A DNA stretch of 64,000 nt from Pecten maximus (taxonomy: Eukaryota), in NCBI RefSeq assembly GCF_902652985.1, contig NC_047017.1, positions 10,974,001 to 11,038,000 on the forward strand. Direction: 5' to 3'. Below are positions 1 to 13,445 of this stretch, piece after piece (positions within the stretch are counted from its first letter, which is position 1; each line of letters starts with the position of its first letter). Under the pieces are notes generated by a model. The model saw only the letters and a program-made list of their open reading frames with translations. It did not search any database and was not told the origin of the DNA. The translations under genes were made by a program, and so were the position numbers.

Positions 1-3000
1 CCTGTGTACCGGTTACGACATCTACATCTATCTGACTAGGGAGCCATGTGTTATGTAAGTACAGGTATATTTGTACCTATGTACCGGTTCTGACATCTAT
101 CTGACCAGGGAGCCGTGTGTTATGTGAGTACAGGTAGATTTGTACCTATGTACCGGTAACGAAATCTATCTGACCAGGGAGCCATGTGTTATATAAGTAC
201 AGGTAGATTTGTACCTGTGTACCGGTTACGACATCTACATCTATCTGACTAGGGAGCCATGTGTTATGTAAGTACAGGTATATTTGTACCTATGTACCGG
301 TTCTGAAATCTATCTGACCAGGGGGCCGTGTGTTATGTAAGTACAGGTAGATTTGTACCTATGTACCAGTTACGACATCTATCTGACCAGGGAGCCATGT
401 GTTATGTAAGTACAGGTAGATTTGTACCTATGTACCGGTAACGAAATCTATCTGACCAGGGAGCCATGTGTTATATAAGTACAGGTAGATTTGTACCTGT
501 GTACCGGTTACGACATCTACATCTATCTGACTAGGGAGCCATGTGTTATGTAAGTACAGGTAGATGTGTACCTATGTACCGGTTACGACAGATATCTGAC
601 CAGGGAGCCGTGTGTTATGTAAGTACAGGTAGATTTGTACCTATGTACCGGTTACGATATCTATCTGACCAGGGAGCCGAGTGTTATGTAAGTACAGGTA
701 GATTTGTACCTATGTACCGCTTACGACATCTATCTGACCAGGGAGCCATGTATTATATAAGTACAGGTAGATTTGTACCTATGTACCGGTTACTACATCT
801 ATCTGACCAGGGAGCCATGTGTTATATAAGTACAGGTAGATTTGTACCTGTGTACTGGTTACGACATCTACATCTATCTGACCAGGGAGCCATGTGTTAT
901 GTAAGTACAGGTAGATTTGTACCTATGTACCGGTTACGATATCTATCTGACCAGGGAGCCGTGTGTTATGTAAGTACGGGTAGATTTGTACCTATGTACC
1001 GGTTACTACATCTATCTGACCAGGGAGCCATGTGTTATGTAAGTACAGGTAGATTTGTACCTATGTACCGGTTACTACATCTATCTGACCAGGGACCCGA
1101 GTGTTATGTAAGTACAGGTAGATTTGTACCTATGTACCGGTTACGACATGTATCTGACCAGGGAGTCGTGTGTTATGTAAGTACAGGTAGATTTGTACCT
1201 ATGTATCGGTTACGACATCTGTCTGACCAGGGAGCCATGTGTTATATAAGTACAGGTAGATTTGTACCTATGTACCGGTTAAGTCATCTATCTGACCAGG
1301 GAGCCGTGTGTTATGTAAGTACAGGTAGATTTGTACCTATGTACCGGTTACGACATCTATCTGACCAGGGAGCCGTGTGTTATATAAGTACAGGTACATT
1401 TGTACCTATGTACCGGTTACGATATCTATCTGACCAGGGAGCCGTGTGTTATGTAAGTACAGGTAGATTTGTACATATGTACCGGTTGCGACATCTATCT
1501 GACCAGGGAGCCGTGTGTTATGTGAGTACAGGTAGATTTGTACCTATGTACCGGTTACTACATCTATCTGACCAGGGAGTCGTGTGTTATGTAAGTACAG
1601 GTAGATTTGTACCTATGTACCGGTTACTACATCTGTCTTACCAGGGAGCCGTGTGTTGTGTGAGTACAGGTAGATTTGTACCTATGTACCGGTTACGACA
1701 TATATCTGACCAGGGAGCCATGTGTTATGTAAGTACAGGTAGATTTGTACCTTTGTACCGGTTACTACATCTATCTGACCAGGGACCCGTGTGTTATGTA
1801 AGTACAGGTATATTTGTACCTATGTACCGGTTACGACATCTATCTGACCAGGGAGCCGTGTGTTATGTAAGTACAGGTAGATTTGTACCTATGTACCGGT
1901 TACGTCATCTATCTGACCAGGGAGCCGTGTGTTATGTAAGTACAGGTAGATTTGTACCTATGTACCGGTTACTACATCTGTCTGACCAGGGAGCCATGTG
2001 TTATGTACGTACAGGTAGATTTGTACCTATGTACCGGTTAAGCCATCTATCTGACCAGAGAGCCGTGTGTTATGTACGTACAGGTAGATTTGTACCTATG
2101 TACCGGTTACTACATCAGTCTGACCAGGGAGCCGTGTGTTGTGTGAGTACAGGTAGATTTGTACCTATGTACCGGTTACTACATCTGTCTGACCAGGGAG
2201 CCGTGTGTTATGTAAGTACAGGTAGATTTGTACCTATGTGCCGGTAATGAAATCTATCTGACCAGGGAGCCGTGTGTTATGTAAGTACAGGTAGATTTGT
2301 ACCTATGTACCGGTAACGAAATCTATCTGACCAGGGAGCCATGTGTTATATAAGTACAGGTAGATTTGTACCTGTGTACCGGTTACGACATCTACATCTA
2401 TCTGACTAGGGAGCCATGTGTTATGTAAGTACAGGTAGATTTGTACCTATGTACCGGTTACGACAGATATCTGACCAGGGAGCCGTGTGTTATGTAAGTA
2501 CAGGTAGATTTGTAACTATGTACCGGTTCTGACATCTATCTGACCAGGGAGCCGTGTGTAATGTAAGTACAGGTAGCTATATAGATTTGTATCTATGTAC
2601 CGGTTACGACATCTATCTGACCAGGGAGCCATGTGTTATGTAAGTACACGTAGATTTGTACCTATGTACCGGTTCTGACATCTATCTGACAAGGGAGCCG
2701 TGTGTTATGTAAGTACAGGTAGATTTGTACCTGTGTACCGGTTACGATATCCATCTGACCAGGGAGTCGTGTGTTATGTAAGTACAGGTAGATTTGTACC
2801 TATGTACCGGTTACGATATCTATCTGACCAGGGAGCCGTGTGTTATGTAAGTACAGGTAGATTTGTACCTATGTACCGGTTGCGACATCTATCTGACCAG
2901 GGAGCCGTGTGTTATGTAAGTACAGGTAGATTTGTACCTATGTACCGGTTACGACATCTATCTGACCAGGGAGCCATGTGTTTTATAAGTACAGGTAGAT

Positions 3001-4659
3001 TTGTACCTATGTACCGGTTACTACATCTATCTGACCAGGGAGCCATGTGTTATATAAGTACAGGTAGATTTGTACCTGTGTACTGGTTACGACATCTACA
3101 TCTATCTGACCAGGGAGCCATGTGTTATGTAAGTACAGGTAGATTTGTACCTATGTACCGGTTACGATATCTATCTGACCAGGGAGCCGTGTGTTATGTA
3201 AGTACGGGTAGATTTGAACCTATGTACCGGTTACTACATCTATCTGACCAGGGAGCCATGTGTTATGTAAGTACAGGTAGATTTGTACCTATGTACCGGT
3301 TACTACATCTATCTGACCAGGGACCCGAGTGTTATGTAAGTACAGGTAGATTTGTACCTATGTACCGGTTACGACATGTATCTGACCAGGGAGTCGTGTG
3401 TTATGTAAGTACAGGTAGATTTGTACCTATGTATCGGTTACGACATCTGTCTGACCAGGGAGCCATGTGTTATATAAGTACAGGTAGATTTGTACCTATG
3501 TACCGGTTAAGTCATCTATCTGACCAGGGAGCCGTGTGTTATGTAAGTACAGGTAGATTTGTACCTATGTACCGGTTACGACATCTATCTGACCAGGGAG
3601 CCGTGTGTTATATAAGTACAGGTAGATTTGTACCTATGTACCGGTTACGATATCTATCTGACCAGGGAGCCGTGTGTTATGTAAGTACAGGTAGATTTGT
3701 ACATATGTACCGGTTGCGACATCTATCTGACCAGGGAGCCGTGTGTTATGTGAGTACAGGTAGATTTGTACCTATGTACCGGTTACTACATCTATCTGAC
3801 CAGGGAGCCGTGTGTTATGTAAGTACAGGTAGATTTGTACCTATGTACCGGTTACTACATCTGTCTGACCAGGGAGCCGTGTGTTGTGTGAGTACAGGTA
3901 GATTTGTACCTATGTACCGGTTACGACATATATCTGACCAGGGAGCCATGTGTTATGTAAGTACAGGTAGATTTGTACCTTTGTACCGGTTACTACATCT
4001 ATCTGACCAGGGACCCGTGTGTTATGTAAGTACAGGTATATTTGTACCTATGTACCGGTTACGACATCTATCTGACCAGGGAGCCGTGTGTTATGTAAGT
4101 ACAGGTAGATTTGTACCTATGTACCGGTTACGTCATCTATCTGACCAGGGAGCCGTGTGTTATGTAAGTACAGGTAGATTTGTACCTATGTACCGGTTAC
4201 TACATCTGTCTGACCAGGGAGCCATGTGTTATGTACGTACAGGTAGATTTGTACCTATGTACCGGTTAAGCCATCTATCTGACCAGAGAGCCGTGTGTTA
4301 TGTACGTACAGGTAGATTTGTACCTATGTACCGGTTACTACATCTGTCTGACCAGGGAGCCGTGTGTTGTGTGAGTACAGGTAGATTTGTACCTATGTAC
4401 CGGTTACTACATCTGTCTGACCAGGGAGCCGTGTGTTATGTAAGTACAGGTAGATTTGTACCTATGTGCCGGTAATGAAATCTATCTGACCAGGGAGCCG
4501 TGTGTTATGTAAGTACAGTTAGATTTGTACCCATGTACCGGTAACGAAATCTATCTGACCAGGGAGCCGTGTGTTATGTAAGTACAGGTAGATTTGTACC
4601 TATGTACCGGTTACGACATCTGTCTGACTAGGGAGCCGTGTGTTATGTAAGTACAGGTA
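1..4659 (+). repeat. 69-bp minisatellite (>=67 units, runs off window start) in last intron of ADAT3 copy 1
   Basis: Unit TACCTATGTACCGGTTACGACATCTATCTGACCAGGGAGCCGTGTGTTAT-GTAAGTACAGGTAGATTTG. The array ends at GTACAGGTA-AAACAC, as do the other three arrays. Confidence 0.97.
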
Positions 4660-4772
4660 AAACACAAGTCATTCCAGGTTTTCATTTCTTTGTAACACTA
4701 TACCATCGAAATTCACATCAATATTAAATAAAAATGTGCCTGTACGTTAGATACGTTCTCTCATAATTCCAG

Positions 4773-4959
4773 GTGCGCTATGGCCCTCGTTCATTCCCGG
4801 ATAGGACGTGTCTTCTATGGAAGTCCATTTCCTCAGGAAGGAGCGCTCGGATCAAAATACAAGCTTCACACTCAGACAGGTCTCAACCACCACTACCAAG
4901 TCTTCTGTGATGTGTTGGAAGCTGAGTGTGAACATCTGTACGACGCAGCTGTAACATAG
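4773..4959 (+). CDS. ADAT3: ADAT3 copy 1, terminal coding exon (rest of gene upstream of window)
   Basis: Acceptor ttccag, then (M)[44 protein letters not shown]...AAVT*, a typical Tad3/ADAT3 C-terminus. AATAAA at 5439-5444. Confidence 0.9.
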
Positions 4960-5007
4960 GGCATAGTCTTCCTTTACTACTGGGTTACATTGACATGTTC
5001 TATATGG

Positions 5008-5290
5008 TGACCAATCAAGCTACAGGGTGTAGATATCATTGACCAATTCAGTTACAGGATGTGATCATCCTTGACCAATTAAGTGACAGGATGTATATAT
5101 TATTGACTAATTTAGTTACAAAATATGGTCATCCTTGGCCAATTAAGTGACATGATGTAGACATTCTTGACCAATTAAGTGATAGAATGTAGGTATTCTT
5201 GACCAATCAAGTTACAGGATGTGGACATCCTTGTTCGGTGAAGTTACAGAATGTGGACATTCATGACCTGTCAAGTTACAGGATAAAGAC
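5008..5290 (+). repeat. Degenerate ~32-bp tandem repeat in ADAT3 3' UTR (also ~19376-19590, ~35678-35955, ~54638-54915)
   Basis: Recurrent TTGACCAATT(C/A)AGT(T/G)ACAGGATGT, with GAC at 5041, 5073 and 5105. Copy 2 is shorter. Confidence 0.75.
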
Positions 5291-5631
5291 ATAATATTTT
5301 ATTTGATGGCTAATTGAAGGATGTTGACAATCTGGACCTGTGCAGTATAATGATAAGATTAAGGGACACATGTTTCATCAGAAATTACTCTGGTCGAAAG
5401 TTTCTAAGGACCGGATATGCAAAATGTATGTTTTATACAATAAAATTTACAAATTAGATAGATTTGAATGTTTACTGAACATATTCATACCCGTATCTGG
5501 AGCTAAAAAGAATTAGCTAGGCCTCTGAGGAAGACTTTGAGAAGGATTAGATAGGTCTATGTGGTAAGACTACATTAATGGTTCATGCATCGGCGATGGG
5601 GGTCTCGTCGGATACCCACAGTTGATTGCAC

Positions 5632-5843
5632 TACTGTAAACGCTGAAATTTACGCGAGGGGAGAATTTACGCTAATTTCTCATTTTGTTCGTAAAAATTT
5701 CCCCCACGCTTGTTATTTTGATATCAATTTGCGTAATCTTAAACTACGAAAGTAGATCGATCGCGAAAATTACCCCCACGCGTATAGTTTACATATTAAA
5801 ATCGCGAAATTAACCCTCCGCGAAAATAATCACATTGACAGTA
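5632..5843. mobile_element. MITE-like element (~210 bp) with TACTGT...ACAGTA ends
   Basis: Imperfect terminal inverted repeats and internal inverted CGCGA/TTTACGC motifs. Copies at 36301-36512 and 55262-55473, truncated at ~19945-20055. Confidence 0.6.
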
Positions 5844-6399
5844 TACAATACGCTACACTGTCAACCTTCCGTAATTGTGGGGAAGGCAATTCCTCGACTT
5901 TAAACATTTCATTGAAAAACATTACAGAATATGAGTAAAGTTTCCTTAACACTGGTGTCTTAAGGGATGCTCTTCAGGTAAGGAATATTGATGAAGCCAC
6001 ATGGACTTGGCTCAAATGTCCAACCTTTGGCCTTCATCATGTATATTATATGTATCATACAATACATGTTTTGGAATTTTCCGACTCCGTGTAACGGACA
6101 CATATTTAAGATCCTGTGTTTTAAGAACTTTCTGTGTTGGAAAGAAGAAGTTGAAAATTGTTAAACTGTTAAATCATATCAATACAATAATCCTCCACAC
6201 CACCCATGGGGAGCCAGATCCATTGTTAAACATAGTAAGATCCCCTTCATCCAATGTATGCTTCGGATCAAATTTGGACAGAATAATTTCATTTTGGATA
6301 CTGTTCCTCAATTTTAGCTGACCAAGCCCTCAGTTAATGCTAAAGAGCTTACAATGTTTTAATTCATGTGGTAACGCGAATGATGTATTAGAATCGATC

Positions 6400-6678
6400 T
6401 TCCATGTATCTGGTGTGTCGTCGCTCGTGGACTGTCCTTAGTCACAGTGAACACATTGCCTCCTAAACAGACAATGAATTCCCCATTTATATACACTATA
6501 CCGTAACACCGTTTGTCGATGTTTATTTCGAATGCCAGAATAAGTTTAGAGGGTGCGACTGTTACTAAACATAAATGTACATAGCGACCGTCACGGGGGT
6601 GTCAACCATACACATGTCATGGACTTCCGTTCACCTTCAATTCGTCCATAACATTTCCTTCTGTGTCGATCAACTTGA
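6400..6678 (-). pseudogene. Degenerate NHL-propeller fragment of TRIM gene
   Basis: Clear nucleotide similarity to the TRIM NHL region (gctcgtggactgtccttagtcac, taagtttagagggtgcgactg) with indels and no long ORF. Confidence 0.8.
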
Positions 6679-7203
6679 GTGGTTATTTGGTAGGCCTAAG
6701 GGGAACAGGTTTTGCATTCATGATGACATATACATGTATATAAATTGAAAATAGTTAAAAACTGACACAGACAGAAATGAGGGCTGCCGACTGTGTGTAT
6801 AAATATATTATATATATATAAACATAGTAACACAATTGAAGGAAGACAACTTTATGACTCGTGCCCTTACCGCACCTCGAAGTCACGATCTACAGCACCC
6901 AATATATATATATATATATATATGACAATTTACTTGTCTGTACTGTAGTTGTTACTACTTGACAAATTATACATGTATGTCCACACTGTTAAGTAATTCG
7001 TATCCTGCATACAAACTTTTCCAAGGATCCAGTGTTACCCGGATTATAACCGTTAATATTACTTCTTTGACCCATATATATATGTAATGTACACACAATA
7101 AAATTATGTTACACAAACAACATCGAATGAAATAACCAAATTCCATTGGCAGACATCAAGCGAATGCGATACTAGATGTTGAGTCATTGTATTGTATAAC
7201 TAG

Positions 7204-8034
7204 TCAAACAAGTTGAAACACTGTGATAAAGTTACATTGTGTAGAAGAAATATCAGTCAGTACAAGTTTGTCTCCACATATGGATATGGCTTCAGGCTCT
7301 GTGATACCGTCCTTTGTCGTTAATAGTTCCCGGACGTTTGTTCCATCTCCGGACATCTGTATCACTTTCTTGGGAAAGTTACCACAGACATACACGTTAC
7401 CTTCCCTGTCGACGTCCACGCCATAAGCGTTCTTCACAACACCAACATTCAACACACTGGAGTATGTGTTGTCTGAGGACAGTCTACCAACAACCACTCT
7501 GCCAGTGCGATTTGTGTAGTGAGTGGTAAAGAGTTTTCCATTATTTAAATCATATGACAACGCGAATACTATATCAGAACTTTCATGTATCTGGCGTGTC
7601 ATCGCTCGTGGACTGTCCTTAGTCACAGAGAACACATTGTATTCTGAACTGACGACGAATTTGCCATTTCTGTACGCTATACCGTAACATGGTTTGTTGA
7701 TGTTTATTTCAGATGCCAAAGTAAGTTTAGAGGGTGCGACTGTTATTAAACAGATACATCCGGGATCGCTGTACATAGCGACCGCCACGGTGGTGTTGTC
7801 AACCATACACATGTCATAAGGACTTCCGTTCACCTTCAACTCGTCCACAACATTTCCTTCTGTGTCGATTAACTTGATTTCATAGTTTCCGTCATCTCCC
7901 ACCACAATTCGTCCATCTGGTACGTAAACAACTCCACGGGAAGAACAATCGTACTCATCGGATGGATATTTAATGTAAATCTTTCTTAATTCCATGACAT
8001 CACGCTCAGATAAAGGTTTAGCGAATTTATACAT
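7204..8034 (-). CDS. Stand-alone NHL/beta-propeller ORF (276 aa), truncated duplicate of TRIM C-terminus
   Basis: Open from MYKFAKPLSERD to ITVFQLV*. Homology to the full TRIM starts at FAKPL; there is no RING, B-box or coiled coil. Expression is unknown. Confidence 0.6.
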   Translation of the reverse strand: MYKFAKPLSERDVMELRKIYIKYPSDEYDCSSRGVVYVPDGRIVVGDDGNYEIKLIDTEGNVVDELKVNGSPYDMCMVDNTTVAVAMYSDPGCICLITVAPSKLTLASEININKPCYGIAYRNGKFVVSSEYNVFSVTKDSPRAMTRQIHESSDIVFALSYDLNNGKLFTTHYTNRTGRVVVGRLSSDNTYSSVLNVGVVKNAYGVDVDREGNVYVCGNFPKKVIQMSGDGTNVRELLTTKDGITEPEAISICGDKLVLTDISSTQCNFITVFQLV

Positions 8035-9190
8035 TTACATCATATACATTATATCTCCTTTGCCAATTAATGCTCCAGACCAAATTTCATAAGAATCCAT
8101 TCATTCAAGACTAGTAGCGGAAACGTTAACGGACTATGTGCCATGACATAGGGGATTTAGAATAACCAAAGACGACATCACCACTTAATTCAACATGAGA
8201 GTGAAAGAACCAGGAATGGTAATACACTGCTGTAACAACTGAAAGGAAAATTGGCAAAGCATTAACTATTGACGTCCCAAGATATATGCAATAGGTTCGA
8301 CACAACTCTTTACAGCTTCATATATCAATGCTTCAGCGTGATGGTAGCAAACTACTCGGCAATAGTGATATGGAATTTACAATAATGAAAAATATACGCA
8401 CTGAGTGAAAAACGTCTCAAAAATGGTCAGAGGGTATGATTATTATAATGAAATAATAAATGTTCATAATTATTTGCTGTTTTCATACCGAACGGCAATA
8501 ACACAAAGGAAAATAGAGACTTGCGCATGCCTTCTTATCTAAAGAGAAAAAAGGTAAAAACGGTAACGTAAAATTGACCTTTAATTGTGAATGAACCTAA
8601 TCTGAAATACAAAGTATCACATACACTTTTACGTGTCCAAAACCACACGCATTTCTGGTGTGTTAGTTGTTAATAGCCCATTAACTCTATGAAGGTCATT
8701 AGGGCAAAAAATTGTGAGAAAATTATAAATACACTGGGGAAAGGACGAAACAACTTCAACCAAACGAAACATGTAAAAATGCAAATATGTATTGGTACAC
8801 TCCTATTGAAAATGAAATAGTTGCTATGTTACTGAAATCTTGTAATACAGACAATGGCCGTCAGCTTTTAGATAGTTCAACATTTTGCATCTGTTAATAT
8901 GTGAGCACTGAGGCTGGTCCTCACGCTTATATAAGTAAGAATGCGTTCTATATGTATGGCCCATCCTAAGACGGGCAAGAACAATCTCGTTCAGGTGTGT
9001 AATAATCTAGCAGTAACAAAGATTTCTTCTTCGGCTTATCAGGATAAAACGTAATACATGTATTTGTATATGTTTTTATCTGTTCAACTTGCTCATATCT
9101 GATACAATAAATGAAATAATCAAAATTCCAAATTGGCAGATATCAATCGAATGAGATACTAGATGTTGAGTCAATGTATTTTAAAACGAG

Positions 9191-11191
9191 TCAAACAAGT
9201 TGATACACTGTGATATAGTTACATTGTGTAGAAGAAAATTAGTCAGTACAAGTTTGTCTCCACATACAGATATGGCTTCAGGCTTAGCGATACCGTCCTT
9301 TGTCGTTAATAGTTCCCGGACGTTTGTTCCATCCCCGGACATCTGTATTACGTTGTTGGAACCGTAGCCACAGACATACACGTTACCTTCCCTGTCCACG
9401 TCCACTCCATAAGCTGTTCTCCACAACACCAACATTCAACACACTGGAGTATGTGTTGTCTGAGGACAGTCTACCAACAACCACACTGCCAGTGCGATTT
9501 GTGTAGTGAGTGGTAAAGAGTTTTCCATTATTTAAATCATATGACAACGCGAATACTGTATCAGAACTTTCATGTATCTGGCGTGTCATCGCTCGTGGAC
9601 TGTCCTTAGTCACAGTGAACACTTTCTTTTCTGAACTGACGACGAATTCGCCATTTCTGTACGCTATACCGTAACATGGTTTGTCGATGTTTATTTCAGA
9701 TGCCAGAATAAGTTTAGAGGGTGCGACTGTTACTAAACAGATACGTCCGGGATCGCTGTACATAGCGACCGCCACGGTGGTGTTGTCAACCATACACATG
9801 TCCATCGGACTTCCGTTCACCTTCAACTCGTCCACAACATTTCCTTCTGTGTCGATTAACTTGATATTTTTGTTTCTGTCATCTCCCACCACAATTCGTC
9901 CATCTGGTAGGTAAACAACTCCACGGGAAGAACAATCGTACATATCAGATGGACATTTAATGTAAATCTTTTTTAACTCCTTGACATCACGTTCAGATAA
10001 AGGTTTAGCGAAAGCATTTGTATCACCTGGAATATGTTGTAGCTGTTTTCGGACAATGATTTTCCCAAAACTCAAAGCTGGCCTTTGGCTTGTCATGTGG
10101 AGATTAGCCTCATGCTCTATACTGATGGATGAAAGTGATGTCTGCACCTCTCTCACTAAATCCCTACACGACTCGACCTCCGCCTGACCTCGTTGGTACA
10201 ACAGGATCATGTCCATGTGGTCATTCCTCTGTTGGGCTGATATGGACGACTCTAACGTATTCTGTATAGCGACCTTAAGTCGTTCACACTTCTGACTGGA
10301 CACCTTCAGGTTTTCTCTCTCCTCTTTATACTTAGCTATCAAGTCATCTGTTATTTCCTTTTTCATCTCTTCTATACGATTAATGATCTGTTCCTGTAGG
10401 TCGTCAATGTTTGTCATTGCTGTGTCTTTGCCGTCTGCAATACTTTGGAGTTGTAGGTGGAAGTCCTTTACCAGTGACTCCATTTCCTTTTCCCCTTTTT
10501 GTAGTGATTTCCTCATCTCCTCTAGCCAGTGACCACTGGTCAGTTTCTCACAGTATTCTTCTGTCGTGGCCACAGCGTCACATTTCCTGTGGCCAACTGT
10601 TATACATTTACAACAGCCGATGGATTTGTGGTCCTCACAGTAGTAATCCATCTTTTCCTTGTGTTTGTTACAAATCTTGTCTGATGTTGACTGGTTCAGA
10701 AGGAAACTCTTCGTCTCTGTTATATCTACAACATCACAGTTGATGTGAATCATATCGTGGAAATCCACCTTACATGACTCACAGAATAAAGACTGGTTTG
10801 TTTTACACCAGAACTTTGCTGACGTCATCATGTTCCCTTTCCTCTGGCACGGCATACAGTAATGTGGTTCCGATGACCTGTTTTTCAACTCTATCATCTC
10901 CATGACATCAAAGTCGGTCGGAAACTGCTTGGCCCAGTTCTCCTTGTCTTCTGATTTGTCCAAAGGGTGGGTTAGTTTCCTACATACCGGACAGGTGAAG
11001 GACACCGCCGTATCACTCGTCCCCGACACCTCGCTGATGATGTAACTGGTCAAGCATTCCTGACAAAGGGAATGGTGACATGGTAGACACTTCGGCTGCC
11101 GTAACTGTTCCAGACAAATGGGACAGTCGAGAAGATGTGAGTTCCCAGACGGATTGTCCGGAGGTGTGAGCTGAGGACCTCCTTCTGCCAT
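9191..11191 (-). pseudogene. TRIM-NHL (RING-Bbox-Bbox-coiled coil-NHL) copy A, frameshifted in distal NHL blades
   Basis: RING CPICLEQLRQPKCLPCHHSLCQEC...CPVC, B-boxes, coiled coil and NHL. A +1 frameshift at ~9415 (GAG AAC AGC TTA) ends the ORF at 9383 (602 aa), and there is a second indel near 9235. Confidence 0.85.
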
Positions 11192-12108
11192 TACACTTGT
11201 ACTCCAATCCTGGTCGTGTTCCTATAAAACAGTGATAAAGTCTACATGTATGTCGGGATAGTGAATATGTATTAATGTTCATGATGCATTTTATCATATT
11301 TAGAATTAAGGTGCGGTGCTATTTGTGTAGAGAGTTTCAGTGGGTGGTACGCAGTATACGTGGTCTACTGTGTCAGCTAGTTATCATAATGCTGATTACT
11401 GGTCATTTCTGTCATAACATTGATATTTTATCAGTAAACACATGTATATACGTGTAACTTATATTCCCTATGTTTTCAATTTAATCTGATTGTAGTTATA
11501 CAATGAAATGTATATAACACTTTTGTATATGAACATACATTTTATAGACATGTCGGTACTTGCACTGCATGATGCGATATATATTTTGTAAATTTTATTA
11601 AAAAGGTATTTTGAAATTTTTTTCATCATCTTTTATTGAAAATGTGCGGTCATATGTATAATTCATCATTTATGTTTTACGGGAGACGACGTACCATCAG
11701 TTTTCAACTTGTGTCCGTATGATCGCATTTTTATATTTGCAAATGAAATATGTTTAATTAAATCAGAATTAGAATCAAAACCAAAGTACCGTGCGACGGA
11801 GCAATATATTCCTTTTATGTAACTTCATATCATGGTTGTAATGTATACCAAGTTTCAAAGAGATCGCCGGACAAACACTAGTGTAGGCCGGACGGACCGA
11901 CGGACGAACGGACCATCAAATAGAATAACCACCAAATGAGGTGGGGTTTCCATCAATGATACTTTCCCATAGGGTCGGACTAAATACAAGAGAACCGGAG
12001 GACGGAGCAATATACGTTCCCAATGTGTATATATACTTCATATCATAATTGTAATGAATACCAATTTTCAAAGAGATCCGTCGAAAAATGTAGGTCGCCG
12101 GACATACA

Positions 12109-12725
12109 AAAAGTACCCGGGGTCATTATTCAACGGTAGAAATCATACCCGGGTGCCCGTAGAAAAAGTTAGTACCGTGAAAATGTGACCCACCGTAGGA
12201 AAATACCCCCTAGGCCTACATTTAAAAGTTAATGAGTTCCTTAGGAGTGAAAATGTGTTTGATAAAATTTAACCTTATTAACTTGGATAACTCAATATTC
12301 GCCGGGTCCTGCTGACTTGATTGAGAATTCTCTCTCGTTTAGTTGGGACCGCACAACGTGACACGTGCTGTGTGCACAAGATGTATGCACGATAGCAAAA
12401 ATGTGTGATATGTATCCTGCAGAAGACTAGTGCACGATGGGCTATTTAAATGGTGTATGTGTTTGTGTGTGTTTAAAATATGAGTAATTATTTTTATTTA
12501 TCAAGAAAACTATCAAACCACTAAGACCGTTCACTTTTTTCGATGTAGAACTTCGTTGAATTCAGTTACTGCAAACTCAATAGATTTACGATATTCCCCC
12601 TAAAGAAAAACCATACCGTAGAAATTTGATGCGATTTCCGTGTCATTTTTTAACAACCATGGGTAATTTTTCTACAGCTTCCCGGTAAAATTTCTCTACG
12701 TAGAATAATGACCCTGGGTACTTTT
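12109..12725. mobile_element. Non-autonomous inverted-repeat element (second copy ~41870-42418)
   Basis: AAAAGTACCCGGGGTCATTATTCAACGGTAGA at left and inverted TCTACGTAGAATAATGACCCTGGGTACTTTT at right. Confidence 0.55.
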
Positions 12726-13445
12726 CCACCCGGGCTATTTTTCGTGATACACCGAACAGACAGACCATCAAATAGAATTCCACCTTTGACGGGATTTGAA
12801 ATGATAGAAATGTTCTTCAATCGCTTTCATTTGGAAAGTTTATAATGTCGATAAAGCGCTTAAAATTAGATAAAGTACAAGTTATTATCTTTATTTCTCA
12901 TTTATAAAGTAATACACTTTCGTTTTCCATATATCTATCGTTGTTATATGACATCGCTATAACAATGTTCAACACTAAGTTAATTTGCACGTCTTTTCGC
13001 GGATAAACAATATAGTAGATAGTTACTTTGATTACTCAGTTTATATTGGAAAGAAGTGGTACGTACGTCTTTTGATATATTGTCCTCGGCGCTCTACAAC
13101 AGGGGCATTAAGGTCTATACCGCCTCCGCGAGGTCATGCTCATCTCGCGTGATACTGAAATTTAAAATTACGATCGGATTACCGGGACGCGATATCCGCT
13201 TTGAAATTATTCTGATTTACAGTATTTAAATCTGATGGGGCCGATAAAACAAATCAAAAAGAAAAAAATAATCAATATATAAATAAAATCTTACATCTAT
13301 TACTTTTGTATTTCCCTTGAAGGTGAAAATAATCATTCTGAATTCGACAAGTTCACACTGTTGTAAATAAGATTTAAAATGAACGTCACGAGATTAGTCC
13401 TTATTAGACAATTTTGTTTTTACTTCAGGAAATGGTGCTGTGACC

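Noticed and set aside
1-4659. CRISPR-like array
   Set aside because: There are no unique spacers and no cas genes, the context is eukaryotic, and the units are contiguous near-identical copies.
6001-6321. 106-aa ORF MDLAQMSNLW repeated in three units
   Set aside because: It has no recognisable domain, lies in repeat-like DNA, is disrupted in unit 2, and its conservation reflects recent duplication.
9681-10743. Short + strand ORFs overlapping the TRIM genes (and equivalents in other units)
   Set aside because: These are antisense shadows of the TRIM coding frame, repeated only because the unit is duplicated.
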